From a virus, in IMG/VR virus record IMGVR_UViG_3300042469_000981: a stretch of 64,000 nucleotides of DNA; one strand, written 5' to 3'. The position numbers were made by a program, and so were the translations under genes. Below are positions 52,873 to 61,853 of this stretch, one piece after another. Below the pieces are notes generated by a model. It saw only the letters and a program-made list of their open reading frames with translations. It was not told the origin of the DNA and searched no databases. The first letter of the stretch is position 1, and every line of letters begins with the position of its first letter.

Positions 52873-54765
52873 TTATTTCTTTAATTTAGATTCATCAAGT
52901 AGTGATTCTTCAACAACAGATTTATTTTTAAATAAATTCTCAATTAAAGATTTGTTTTTTAAATATACTTGTTTAGCTTCTAAAGCTAAAGGTGAACCAC
53001 CTTTATAATTAGCTCTAATACCTCCAGATTCATTTTCATTGTCTGGATCCTTCATACCAGCAGCACCTAATCTGTCTTTACCAAAAGGACTGTCTTGTGT
53101 GTTTCTGTTTGTTGGATTTTCTTCAGGACGACCTAATTTAACATCATCACCATATCCTACAGGTACATTTTCAGGATTAGAATACATTCTTCCTTTACCA
53201 TATAATGAAGCTAAGTCATGTGGTGTACCATATGATTTGCCTGATACTTTAGGATCATTTCCTTCTTCTGAGATTTGTTTTTGTCTGAATGAACGTTTTT
53301 GGTCTTCAACAATCAAATCTCTATACTCATCATATTGGTCTTCGCTAAAGTGGAAAATGTTATCATAGATCCAATCAGAAGGTAATATTTTAAGATCCAT
53401 AATCTTTTGAGCTAAGTCTACCTTTTGAGTTAACAAGGCAATCTTTTCTTGATCATAGATAATAGAAGGTGTAGTTAAATCTAACTCAAAGTTAGTTAAT
53501 TGTTCACCTGTATAACCTTGAGAATATAAGTGTACTAAAGCAATCTTATATAATTCAGATAATGCAATACGTTGAATACGATTAATAGTACGAGCGAAAC
53601 GAATATCTTCTGCTGCTAATGTTGCTTTACCTGTTAAATCTTTTTCATAACCCATAAATGCTTTAGGCACTTTAAGGGCAGCAAACAATTTATCTCTTAA
53701 GTAAGTAACATCTTGAATACCATCATATTGTAAACCAGGTGTAGTTTCAATCTTAGTTGTTGTATCATTTCCACGAATTGGAATATAAAAATCTTCCAAT
53801 AAGTTTTGCTGGTTGTATTTTAAGTTATATTCACCTGTTTGATTATCCATTAATGGAGTACGCTTCATAGTAGAAATAGTTTTCTGCATAAAGTTTTCTA
53901 CTTCATTTGGAGGAATAGAACCAACATTAATATAAAATATACGACGATCTGGACTACGTGAGATTCTATGAATCAACATAGCATCTTCCATCAACACATA
54001 TTGTTTAAAAATACGACGAGCTGGTTCCAAATATGAACGACCATAAGGCAAATAGTTAACGTCTGTTAACAACCTAAAGTGAGCCATTTCATAATTATCA
54101 AAATGGATACCTGGTTGGTTATCAAACGTTCCTAGATTGGGTGTACCGTAATAACCAGAACCACCAGCGAAAATACCTTCAGGTGAGTATTTAAATCTTA
54201 CAGCATTTGGGTGATCTTTGTCATAATTTTCTTGACGTTCAATATGGTAAGCAGTATAAGGAATAACATTATACACACCATATTTTTCAGCAATTTCTAA
54301 CTTTAAGAAAAAGTCACCATACTTACACATTTGACGAATCCAACTCCATAAGTTAAATTCAATATTCAATACATCATAAAACAAGTTATAAAGAATTTGC
54401 TGAATATCATCATCACTTGATTTAATATGAAGCACTTCTCCCATATCATTTTTTAAAGTACTTTCATCTGAAATAATATCTAAGGCAGAAGCAACAATGG
54501 CATCATAATCCATATTATCATAGTCAGAGTAGACCATGGTTCTAAGGTATTGCCAGTTAATATTAATCTGTGATCCTAAAAGTGATGTTGATGATGGAGA
54601 GTATAAACGATTATATCTATCTATTAATGAATTAGTAGCTATATCTCCGGATTGTTGAATGGAATCAACATCCATTACTTTTAATGTGTTGCCACCCGTA
54701 TTTCTTATAATAACATCTGTTGAAAACAGTCGTTGGAGTCGGGTGAATAAACTTTTATCTGCCAT
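52873..54765 (-). CDS. gp20: Portal protein (T4 gp20-like)
   Basis: 630 aa; PYGRSYLEPARR, LMEDAMLIHRISRSPDRRIFYINVG, EDFYIP, LFAALKVPKAF. Confidence 0.95.
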   Translation of the reverse strand: MADKSLFTRLQRLFSTDVIIRNTGGNTLKVMDVDSIQQSGDIATNSLIDRYNRLYSPSSTSLLGSQININWQYLRTMVYSDYDNMDYDAIVASALDIISDESTLKNDMGEVLHIKSSDDDIQQILYNLFYDVLNIEFNLWSWIRQMCKYGDFFLKLEIAEKYGVYNVIPYTAYHIERQENYDKDHPNAVRFKYSPEGIFAGGSGYYGTPNLGTFDNQPGIHFDNYEMAHFRLLTDVNYLPYGRSYLEPARRIFKQYVLMEDAMLIHRISRSPDRRIFYINVGSIPPNEVENFMQKTISTMKRTPLMDNQTGEYNLKYNQQNLLEDFYIPIRGNDTTTKIETTPGLQYDGIQDVTYLRDKLFAALKVPKAFMGYEKDLTGKATLAAEDIRFARTINRIQRIALSELYKIALVHLYSQGYTGEQLTNFELDLTTPSIIYDQEKIALLTQKVDLAQKIMDLKILPSDWIYDNIFHFSEDQYDEYRDLIVEDQKRSFRQKQISEEGNDPKVSGKSYGTPHDLASLYGKGRMYSNPENVPVGYGDDVKLGRPEENPTNRNTQDSPFGKDRLGAAGMKDPDNENESGGIRANYKGGSPLALEAKQVYLKNKSLIENLFKNKSVVEESLLDESKLKK

Positions 54766-54793
54766 TTTTATATTTTATTATATCTTATAAATA

Positions 54794-56359
54794 TTACAAT
54801 AACCATTTAATGTCCTCTTGTCCGTGATCTGTTTGAATAGAATATGGATTTTGGACTTGATTACTATTATATCCACCAATATAATTAGTCTTACTCATAC
54901 TGCCAAGTGTAGCACGAGTCATGTCATGAGACATTTGTTGAAATTTTAAAGAAGTATCTCTTAAAAACATAGCTATACCAAAAGCCATCACCAAATCATC
55001 ATTATAACCTGATTGTGCTTCTGGTCTACCGTTTTTCCATACAAATACTTTCATTTCCTCTAATAATCGTTTTGAACGAATATTAACAGAACGATCACCA
55101 ACATACTCTCTAAATTTATTTACAACTAAAGGTCTAGTTCTTAATGACATGGTAAATCCAGGTGTCATATCTGAGCTGCCTTCAAATACTCGTAAGTATG
55201 AATCAGCGGTTAATTGGTCTGATTTGGGAGAATGATAAAGATTACGATAACCTCTTTCAATGATAGCGTCTAATGTTGCCCAACCAATTGAGGCATTTTC
55301 TACTACTAACATCGCATTATTATATTCAGAAGCTAAACCAACTAAAAAATAACCATATTCTTTAGGTGGAAGCTGTCCTCGATACTCAGCAACTTGTGTA
55401 TTAGTTGCAATATCAATTACATGACAAGCGGAAGAGTCTTTACCATCACCTCTAGCTACGTCTGCTACTACTATATACTCACGTGTATAGTCTGCAGGTT
55501 CCCATATCCATAAATTTTGGTCAGCACCTCTTCGCTCTACAGGGTCTTTAACTGTTGTTTCTTTTAAAAATTCTACCCATTCAGGATAAAATACCACATC
55601 ACCTGATGTACTAAAATCACAGTCACATTCTTGGGCGGCTAATCTAGGATCACCTAGTAATTCATCTTGTCTTTTTCTCCAATCCTCATTTCGTTCTGGG
55701 TGGACATACCAAGGTAATTTAATTGGCAAGAAGTCATTTTCAGCATTTTCAGCTGATACCCATGTTTTATGAAACCAGTTTCCAGTACCATAAGGAGTAG
55801 ACAACACAATAGCACCACCACCAGTTGCTAACGTTTGTTGAGCAGAAGCCCAAATCTCACCGATTTGTTCAATAAACGCTGCCTCATCGACAATTAGCAA
55901 AGATACTGCTTCTGATCGACCAGCATCACTACTTGCTGAAGTGGCTTTAATTTGAGATCCATTACTTAATCGTAATGTTAGTTTGTTATTTTCTTCAGCT
56001 TCAATTTTTAACCATGAAGGTAAGTTATCAAACATAAACTTAACCTTGGTTACCATGTTTTTAGCTGTTTCTTGCTTAGTTGCAATACACAACACGTTTT
56101 TATCTTTATGGAATAACATTAACCATAAAGAATAACCAGCAGCTAAAGTTGATATACCTAACTGACGAGACTTAAGTACAATTGAATATGGATTATCTCT
56201 CCATAAGTGTAATACCTTATCTTGGAAAGGATACAAATTGAATATCACTCGACCTCTTTGTGGGTGCTGGATATTACAATATTTTTTCATAAAGTGGGCT
56301 GGATCTTGGGCACACTTTAAGTATTCTTCTCTGATTATTTGTCTTAAATCCTGACTCAT
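54794..56359 (-). CDS. gp17: Terminase large subunit (T4 gp17-like)
   Basis: 521 aa; LKSRQLGIST Walker A-type, LLIVDEAAF Walker B, LSTPYG, VADVARGDG, GYNDDLVMA. Confidence 0.95.
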   Translation of the reverse strand: MSQDLRQIIREEYLKCAQDPAHFMKKYCNIQHPQRGRVIFNLYPFQDKVLHLWRDNPYSIVLKSRQLGISTLAAGYSLWLMLFHKDKNVLCIATKQETAKNMVTKVKFMFDNLPSWLKIEAEENNKLTLRLSNGSQIKATSASSDAGRSEAVSLLIVDEAAFIEQIGEIWASAQQTLATGGGAIVLSTPYGTGNWFHKTWVSAENAENDFLPIKLPWYVHPERNEDWRKRQDELLGDPRLAAQECDCDFSTSGDVVFYPEWVEFLKETTVKDPVERRGADQNLWIWEPADYTREYIVVADVARGDGKDSSACHVIDIATNTQVAEYRGQLPPKEYGYFLVGLASEYNNAMLVVENASIGWATLDAIIERGYRNLYHSPKSDQLTADSYLRVFEGSSDMTPGFTMSLRTRPLVVNKFREYVGDRSVNIRSKRLLEEMKVFVWKNGRPEAQSGYNDDLVMAFGIAMFLRDTSLKFQQMSHDMTRATLGSMSKTNYIGGYNSNQVQNPYSIQTDHGQEDIKWLL

Positions 56360-56763
56360 AAAAGAGCTACTAGAAAACCAATTGTTGTTATAAAGAAAGC
56401 ACCTACAATACCTCTAAATTTAGATTCAAGGTCAGTTATCTTTTTATTTCTTTCTTCAATCTGTCCGTCTTTAGCTTTAATAATGCCCTTTTGATCTTCT
56501 ATTTTACCTTCTAAAACTATTCTTGTAGTATCACAAATAAATAAGGCACTATCTTGTCTAAGGATAATTGTACTCATAGTAGAGATAGAGTCACGAGAAA
56601 TTACTAATTCTTTTTTAAGATTATCTCTATCAGCTTTAACTAATAAAGCATTTTTTAAGGATTTAATGGGAACTATTACCGTTGAATCACTTAAACGCTG
56701 TTGTGAACTGGCTGATGATATCATCATCAGACATACTATTAAGGCGATCGCGTTCTTTTTCAT
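56356..56763 (-). CDS. Secreted/membrane coiled-coil protein (signal peptide plus C-terminal TM)
   Basis: MKKNAIALIVCLMMISSASSQ signal-like start at 56763; coiled coil; GIVGAFFITTIGFLVALL end. Confidence 0.55.
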   Translation of the reverse strand: MKKNAIALIVCLMMISSASSQQRLSDSTVIVPIKSLKNALLVKADRDNLKKELVISRDSISTMSTIILRQDSALFICDTTRIVLEGKIEDQKGIIKAKDGQIEERNKKITDLESKFRGIVGAFFITTIGFLVALL

Positions 56764-57028
56764 ATTGGTCTTTGTATTGTTGAGCTTTTTTAGCAATACC
56801 AGCTAATTTAGCTTTGTCTATTTCAATTAATGAGTCTAAAATTTTCCTAGTAGAATCTAAAGATGAAATAATTGTGTCTTTTTTACTAATTTCAAGCGCT
56901 AAAGAATCTATAGTTTTTTGGTATTGTTTGTCTTTGTCTGAGGAATAACCTTGTTTATAAGTAAATAACCCATAGATTATTACACCTAATAAACAAACTA
57001 AAACCAATTGTAAAACAAATTTTTTCAT
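56687..57028 (-). CDS. N-terminally anchored coiled-coil membrane protein (i-spanin-like topology)
   Basis: 113 aa; MKKFVLQLVLVCLLGVIIYGLF TM then coiled coil. Confidence 0.55.
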   Translation of the reverse strand: MKKFVLQLVLVCLLGVIIYGLFTYKQGYSSDKDKQYQKTIDSLALEISKKDTIISSLDSTRKILDSLIEIDKAKLAGIAKKAQQYKDQYEKERDRLNSMSDDDIISQFTTAFK

Positions 57029-57029
57029 A

Positions 57030-57470
57030 TTAATCTTCTTCAGAAGAAGGAAGAATAATTTTTTCTAATGCTTTTTTATCAGCAGTTAATTTTTTTAATT
57101 CATCCTTAATTTTTTCTTTTTTATCACCTTTAGCTTCAGTGTATTCTTTAGCTAATTCTTTCATTTTAGTTACAAGTTTTTGTAATTTATTTGAAGCAGT
57201 AGTGATTGAATCTTTTTTTTCTAATTCTGCTTTTGATGGTTCTTGGTCTTCATCATCTGATTCAAATACAGGAAAACCAAATAAAACAGCAGCTATTGTT
57301 TGCTCATCTGTTCCTAATTTTTTAGCTACATCATTAAAGGTAGTAGATGGATTTTTACCAAACATTTCATTATATGTTTTTTTAATTACATCAGATGTTG
57401 GTTTAGTATCTTCAGATAAAAGTTCGTATATGTTATCTTTAATTTGCTTCTTTAATTCAGACAATTTCAT
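57030..57470 (-). CDS. Putative internal head protein
   Basis: MKLSELKKQIKDNIYELLSE N-terminus; start at 57470 supported by ATATTTATTA at 57473..57482. Confidence 0.55.
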   Translation of the reverse strand: MKLSELKKQIKDNIYELLSEDTKPTSDVIKKTYNEMFGKNPSTTFNDVAKKLGTDEQTIAAVLFGFPVFESDDEDQEPSKAELEKKDSITTASNKLQKLVTKMKELAKEYTEAKGDKKEKIKDELKKLTADKKALEKIILPSSEED

Positions 57471-57481
57471 GATAATAAATA

Positions 57482-58012
57482 TCAACCAAAGATTGTTTCT
57501 TTAATTTTTGCAATACGTTCTTCAGTAGTACCTGAAAGTTCAACTAGTTTTTTAATTTTATGACTACTTCTATATAAAATCAAATGAATAATACTGTCAA
57601 TAGTTTCTCTATATTTCAAATCAGTAGTTCTAACTCCATTATCTTCCATTTCAACACCAACAGGAGATACATAAAAAATATAATCATATTCTTCAACTAA
57701 TTTATAAGCAGCATCACAAAACGCTTCAGCCTCATAATAATCAATTGATTTAGCTGCTTTAGTAAACGCCATAACATCAATTACAGTACGATCTGTAATA
57801 ATATTTTCATACATTAACTCAGCACAACGTTCAGCTAAAAATATAAATTGACCTTTTAATGTTGAATCAGTATTCAATGGAATACCTAAATCACGCAAGT
57901 ACTTAGAACGTTCAGTAGCAAAATTATAATCTGCAAATTCAGGTAATTCTTTCAAAGCATTTACCAATGTAGTTTTACCTACACTCATTGTTCCACACAA
58001 TCCTATCTTCAT
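57482..58012 (-). CDS. NadR/AAA_28-like P-loop nucleoside/nucleotide kinase-ATPase
   Basis: MKIGLCGTMSVGKTT, IITDRTVID, YDYIFYV, EDNGVR; start moved to 58012. Confidence 0.75.
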   Translation of the reverse strand: MKIGLCGTMSVGKTTLVNALKELPEFADYNFATERSKYLRDLGIPLNTDSTLKGQFIFLAERCAELMYENIITDRTVIDVMAFTKAAKSIDYYEAEAFCDAAYKLVEEYDYIFYVSPVGVEMEDNGVRTTDLKYRETIDSIIHLILYRSSHKIKKLVELSGTTEERIAKIKETIFG

Positions 58013-58013
58013 A

Positions 58014-58262
58014 TTAGTTTCTATTTTGACCTGCCTGACCCATTGCTGTTTTGTACCAAGGTAAACCTTCACGATTGCGTCTTCTTTCTTTCCAATCATC
58101 ATGACTATATTGAATACCATGAATATGATATTCTTTTTTACCATTTGGATGGATTAAAGCTGCTTCTTCCATATTGTGCAATTTCCCTTCCCAAACCCAA
58201 GCAATAGTACCATCAGCTTTTACTAATTTTTTACTTGGTTGAAATTTATTTTTATCACTCAT
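58014..58262 (-). CDS. Small protein with one LH(R/N)xxxPA...G.KEY...G type beta-repeat
   Basis: 82 aa; WEGKLHNMEEAALIHPNGKKEYHIHG. Confidence 0.55.
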   Translation of the reverse strand: MSDKNKFQPSKKLVKADGTIAWVWEGKLHNMEEAALIHPNGKKEYHIHGIQYSHDDWKERRRNREGLPWYKTAMGQAGQNRN

Positions 58263-58266
58263 AATA

Positions 58267-58298
58267 TTAATATAACATATTTTTTACAAAAAGCCAAA
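58267..58298 (-). promoter_or_regulatory. Bacteroidota-type promoter-like element
   Basis: Minus strand TTTGGCTTTTTGTAAAAAATATGTTATATTAA; aligns without gaps to 59663..59694. Confidence 0.6.
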
Positions 58299-58300
58299 CA

Positions 58301-59659
58301 TTATTTCCAGCTAATAATATCACCATGCAAATTATCCCACTCGCATCCTTTATTAATTAATTTAGATACAGCTAAAATACCTTGAGCACCTGATACTGTA
58401 ATACCACGAGCTGATAAAGCATCTCCTACAAAGTGAACATTCTGGTATTCAACTAAAGCTAAATCACTATGATAAACAAGTGGTTCAGGTGAAAGATATT
58501 TTACTTCAGGAACATAAACACCCCAATCATCTTGTAATGTTGGAAATACTTTTTTCATATCTTCAATAAAGTCTTCAATATAATCCCAATACTCACCCAT
58601 TCCCTGTCTTACAATACTTAAATTATCAATTTGAACAGAACTAACTCTTTCACCTTCTGATGTTGTTGATGGTTTACGAGATGGACTATAATATAAACCT
58701 GTTCCAGCAAACTGTAATTCATTTACTACTTTACGAGACCAAGCAAATGGATCTTCAATGTTATTAATTTCCATAATAATACCAAAGTTAGTCATGTTGT
58801 TTCTATAACGTTCATCTTTTTTAGCATGACCATTATATGAATGATTACCGTAAGTGTCTTCTACAGCAACATAAGCGGCATTATTATTAGTACAAAACGA
58901 ACGTAATGAAACACCTTTATCTTCAAACTTACGATACAATTTAAAATCATAACTAATGTCAATTAGTTTCTGAAAGTGTTTTTGTGGTGCTTCAAATCGA
59001 ACTCCAATTTGTACTGATTTAGGTTCAGTTTCTAGTTGATATTCGTCTTGAATACTTTGAGCAAAGTCAATACCTGATTTACCTACTCCAAAAATCAATT
59101 CATTATATTCAATAGCATATTGTCCTTCTTTGCCTTTAACAGTTACATAAACTAAATTAGATTCAAAGTCAACTTTAAACACACGTTCATTCCAAACAAA
59201 CTTAACACCTTTAGACACTAAATAATCATACCAATTCTTACCAATTTCATGAAGATAATCTGTACCAACATGCCATACAGGAAATAAACGAAGACCAAAA
59301 TATGGTTTAATAAAGTCTGGTTCTTCTACTGGATTTGAACATTGTACTTCTTCAGGTTTAGGGTGAAATCGTTTAAAGTTATTAATAACTTCATCCATTA
59401 ATTCCATTGCTTTCTTTTCACCAACATACTTTGAAAGTTGACCTCCAATTGCTGTATGGTAAGTCAATTTACCATCAGACCAACCTCCAGCACCTAGAAA
59501 ACCTGTCATTACTTCTTCTGGTTTTCGGTTGTAAGGATCATTACCCATGTCAATGATAGTAATGTTTTTGCCTGGATAACCATTGTCAACTAATTTAGTA
59601 GCGGCATTAACACCTGCTACACCTGCTCCTACAATTACAATTTTCTTATTCATGTTCAT
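58301..59659 (-). CDS. FAD/NAD(P)-dependent oxidoreductase
   Basis: 452 aa; IVIVGAGVAG Rossmann motif, GAGGWSDGKL, RSFCTNN, HFVGDA...GITVSGAQG. Confidence 0.85.
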   Translation of the reverse strand: MNMNKKIVIVGAGVAGVNAATKLVDNGYPGKNITIIDMGNDPYNRKPEEVMTGFLGAGGWSDGKLTYHTAIGGQLSKYVGEKKAMELMDEVINNFKRFHPKPEEVQCSNPVEEPDFIKPYFGLRLFPVWHVGTDYLHEIGKNWYDYLVSKGVKFVWNERVFKVDFESNLVYVTVKGKEGQYAIEYNELIFGVGKSGIDFAQSIQDEYQLETEPKSVQIGVRFEAPQKHFQKLIDISYDFKLYRKFEDKGVSLRSFCTNNNAAYVAVEDTYGNHSYNGHAKKDERYRNNMTNFGIIMEINNIEDPFAWSRKVVNELQFAGTGLYYSPSRKPSTTSEGERVSSVQIDNLSIVRQGMGEYWDYIEDFIEDMKKVFPTLQDDWGVYVPEVKYLSPEPLVYHSDLALVEYQNVHFVGDALSARGITVSGAQGILAVSKLINKGCEWDNLHGDIISWK

Positions 59660-59662
59660 TTG

Positions 59663-59694
59663 TTAATATATCATACTTTACACTAAAAGCCAAA
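59663..59694 (-). promoter_or_regulatory. Bacteroidota-type promoter-like element
   Basis: Minus strand TTTGGCTTTTAGTGTAAAGTATGATATATTAA. Confidence 0.6.
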
Positions 59695-59765
59695 TTAAAG
59701 ATGGCACCTTTTTAGGGGCGCCACAGCTGCCATATATTAGACTCTTGCGAGCGACTGGCTATGAA

Positions 59766-60053
59766 TCAGTCTTTATTTATTTTAATTACAAGTTTTCCTT
59801 CGCCTTTTATAACTCGGTGCCACTCATGTCTTAATATACATATCAAAAGGTTAGGTTCCAAATTCCAAGGTAATTCATTTTCAAACTGGAATTTCCATCC
59901 TTTACCTGGTTCAATAATTTCAATTGTTCTATCTTCATCATCACGATGCCACATTAGCTCTATAGGGTCAATGTTTTCATCAAATTCCCTAATAATGTAT
60001 TTGTCTGTAACCTCTAAATCTTTATACGGCTTTGTCATTTGTGATAGGACCAC
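59766..60053 (-). CDS. Small cupin-fold protein
   Basis: 95 aa; LMWHRDDEDRTI...ILRHEWHRVIKG. Confidence 0.7.
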   Translation of the reverse strand: MVLSQMTKPYKDLEVTDKYIIREFDENIDPIELMWHRDDEDRTIEIIEPGKGWKFQFENELPWNLEPNLLICILRHEWHRVIKGEGKLVIKINKD

Positions 60054-60447
60054 CTACAACCCAAGCATCACAAGTTCGAGCCGCAGCACATTTAAATTTT
60101 AAAAACCTGCAGTATCCTAATTGGCCTGCTTCAATAACATCAAATGGATCTTCAGTACCTTCATCATCACCAATCCCTTTAGCTATACAATCTAATGTTT
60201 TAGTTGTAACATCAAAAGCAGCGCAATTACCACAACGAGATGTTTTAGCTTCTTTTACAGAATCAAGCTTCCACATATCTGCTTTAGCCTGCCAGAATTT
60301 ATTATTTGGTTGATTAGGATTTAAGGGACCATATCCATACTCATTAATTGCCTTCTGTCTATTCTGGAGATTAAGTTCAATATTTTGAGTTGGTGCAGGG
60401 CATTTTGCTACCTCTGCCTCACTTAGTATATCTAATAAATTGATCAT
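60022..60447 (-). CDS. Cys-rich hypothetical protein with N-terminal LLDILSE motif
   Basis: 141 aa; CGNCAAF...GYCRFLKFKCAAARTCDAW. Confidence 0.6.
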   Translation of the reverse strand: MINLLDILSEAEVAKCPAPTQNIELNLQNRQKAINEYGYGPLNPNQPNNKFWQAKADMWKLDSVKEAKTSRCGNCAAFDVTTKTLDCIAKGIGDDEGTEDPFDVIEAGQLGYCRFLKFKCAAARTCDAWVVGGPITNDKAV

Positions 60448-60773
60448 TTTTTATTTCTAATTAAAAGTTCACCTAAAACCTCTAAACGACCAACTTCTCT
60501 TTGAAAATCTACAGGAGACATATTAAGAGATATTTTTCCTAAGGTTTGATTAAATTCTTGTTTAGCCTTTTTTTCATCAAATTTACCTTTTGATGCTTTA
60601 TCATAGTAAGGAGCTTTAACTTTAAAATGATTATAAGTTAACATAGCTAAACCACCTTTTGATTGAGCTGTATCTGCTATTTTAGATGCACCTTCACCTC
60701 TAGTTTTAGCAAACTCTTCAAAAGTTTCTTTAACTTTTTTTGCTTCGTTTAATATATCTTGAAATTTAATCAT
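60444..60773 (-). CDS. Putative internal head protein
   Basis: 109 aa; MIKFQDILNEA N-terminus. Confidence 0.55.
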   Translation of the reverse strand: MIKFQDILNEAKKVKETFEEFAKTRGEGASKIADTAQSKGGLAMLTYNHFKVKAPYYDKASKGKFDEKKAKQEFNQTLGKISLNMSPVDFQREVGRLEVLGELLIRNKK

Positions 60774-60778
60774 TTGGC

Positions 60779-61216
60779 TTATTGTGCTTTTTTAGTATTT
60801 TTCACAAATTGTTTTCCTTTTTTACCCCCAGCTATCTTTTTAGCAACTGTTGATCTTCTTTCAGATTGGGATAAAGATTGAGCTTTTGCTTGGGGTAAAC
60901 AACGAGTTGTAGCTTTACCTTTTTTCATAGTACCACAATCACCAGTTATATTACCTTGTGTATCTATACGAACCCATTTTTCCTTAAACCAATCACGAAG
61001 ACTTTCTTGAATTATTTTTTTTAATTGTTCTTCATCAATTTGTCCCTTACATACTTTAGCGGCTCTACCTGAAAGATAAGCTGAATGTTTTTCACCTCCG
61101 CCTCCTTTAGATTTAGGTTTCATTCTTCTTTGACGATATGCTTCGCCTTTTTTACAAAGTTTTTTTTCAGTAATTATTTCTTTAATAAGTTTTTTTAATT
61201 TATCTTCCATTACCAA
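60779..61216 (-). CDS. Basic conserved phage protein (DUF5872-like, tentative)
   Basis: 145 aa; SAYLSGRAAKVCKG and SLRDWFKEKWVRI motifs; IITE and IQES sites. Confidence 0.5.
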   Translation of the reverse strand: MVMEDKLKKLIKEIITEKKLCKKGEAYRQRRMKPKSKGGGGEKHSAYLSGRAAKVCKGQIDEEQLKKIIQESLRDWFKEKWVRIDTQGNITGDCGTMKKGKATTRCLPQAKAQSLSQSERRSTVAKKIAGGKKGKQFVKNTKKAQ

Positions 61217-61842
61217 AATCCTGAAAAGTTTGACTTTAATCCTAATAATTTAGCGTAGCGAGGTAAACGACAAGACCAATAAGATGCTTTAGTTCTATCT
61301 TTTTTGTTAGGACAATCATGTCTTTTAGAAAAAGCAGCTCTTGCTTTTGAATTATTTATTTTAGCTGATAAGCCTGAAGTATCACCAAAGGATACTTTTT
61401 TAATTTTACCTTTATCTTTTACATAAACATAAAACTTTTTAGCTCCACCACGTTTTGGTTTACCAATTGGTGGGTCTTTTTTTTCTTCTTCTAGTTCCAT
61501 ATCTTCCATTATGAAATCTAATGGAACTTTTTTATCTTCATAAATACCAAATTCACCTAAATGTGTTTCGGTTAATATAGCTAAATCATCACCTGAAAAA
61601 TCTAAAATACCACGAGTGTATAATGTTCTCGCTTCAGCCCATAAATTAAAATAATTTGATGAACCAGCGCGGTATACATGCTCAGTAAGCGGTTTTTTAT
61701 TGTCTATATGGTACTTTAATCCCTCAGACAATATCTCTCGCGGAGCAACACTTTCGTTTAATATAGGCGCTTTAGTTGGCTTTGTCGCTGTACAACAATC
61801 CTTATTTTCTAAAGTTTCCCTAATTAACTGTTTTAAATTCAT
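61210..61842 (-). CDS. Putative internal head protein with basic C-terminal domain
   Basis: 210 aa; MNLKQLIRE, PILNES, KKVSFGD...FSKRHDC...SYWSC. Confidence 0.55.
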   Translation of the reverse strand: MNLKQLIRETLENKDCCTATKPTKAPILNESVAPREILSEGLKYHIDNKKPLTEHVYRAGSSNYFNLWAEARTLYTRGILDFSGDDLAILTETHLGEFGIYEDKKVPLDFIMEDMELEEEKKDPPIGKPKRGGAKKFYVYVKDKGKIKKVSFGDTSGLSAKINNSKARAAFSKRHDCPNKKDRTKASYWSCRLPRYAKLLGLKSNFSGFW

Positions 61843-61853
61843 AGTTATAAATA

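Noticed and set aside
46743-56359. Introns or inteins in terminase, portal or capsid
   Set aside because: ORFs are continuous with expected motif order. The capsid insertion lacks intein Cys/His-Asn ends.
58012-58144. Longer N-termini in the ORF track (also 16657-16705, 44601-44652, 56763-56796, 57470-57485)
   Set aside because: They overlap upstream genes. Shorter starts coincide with domain starts, stop/start coupling or the upstream motif.
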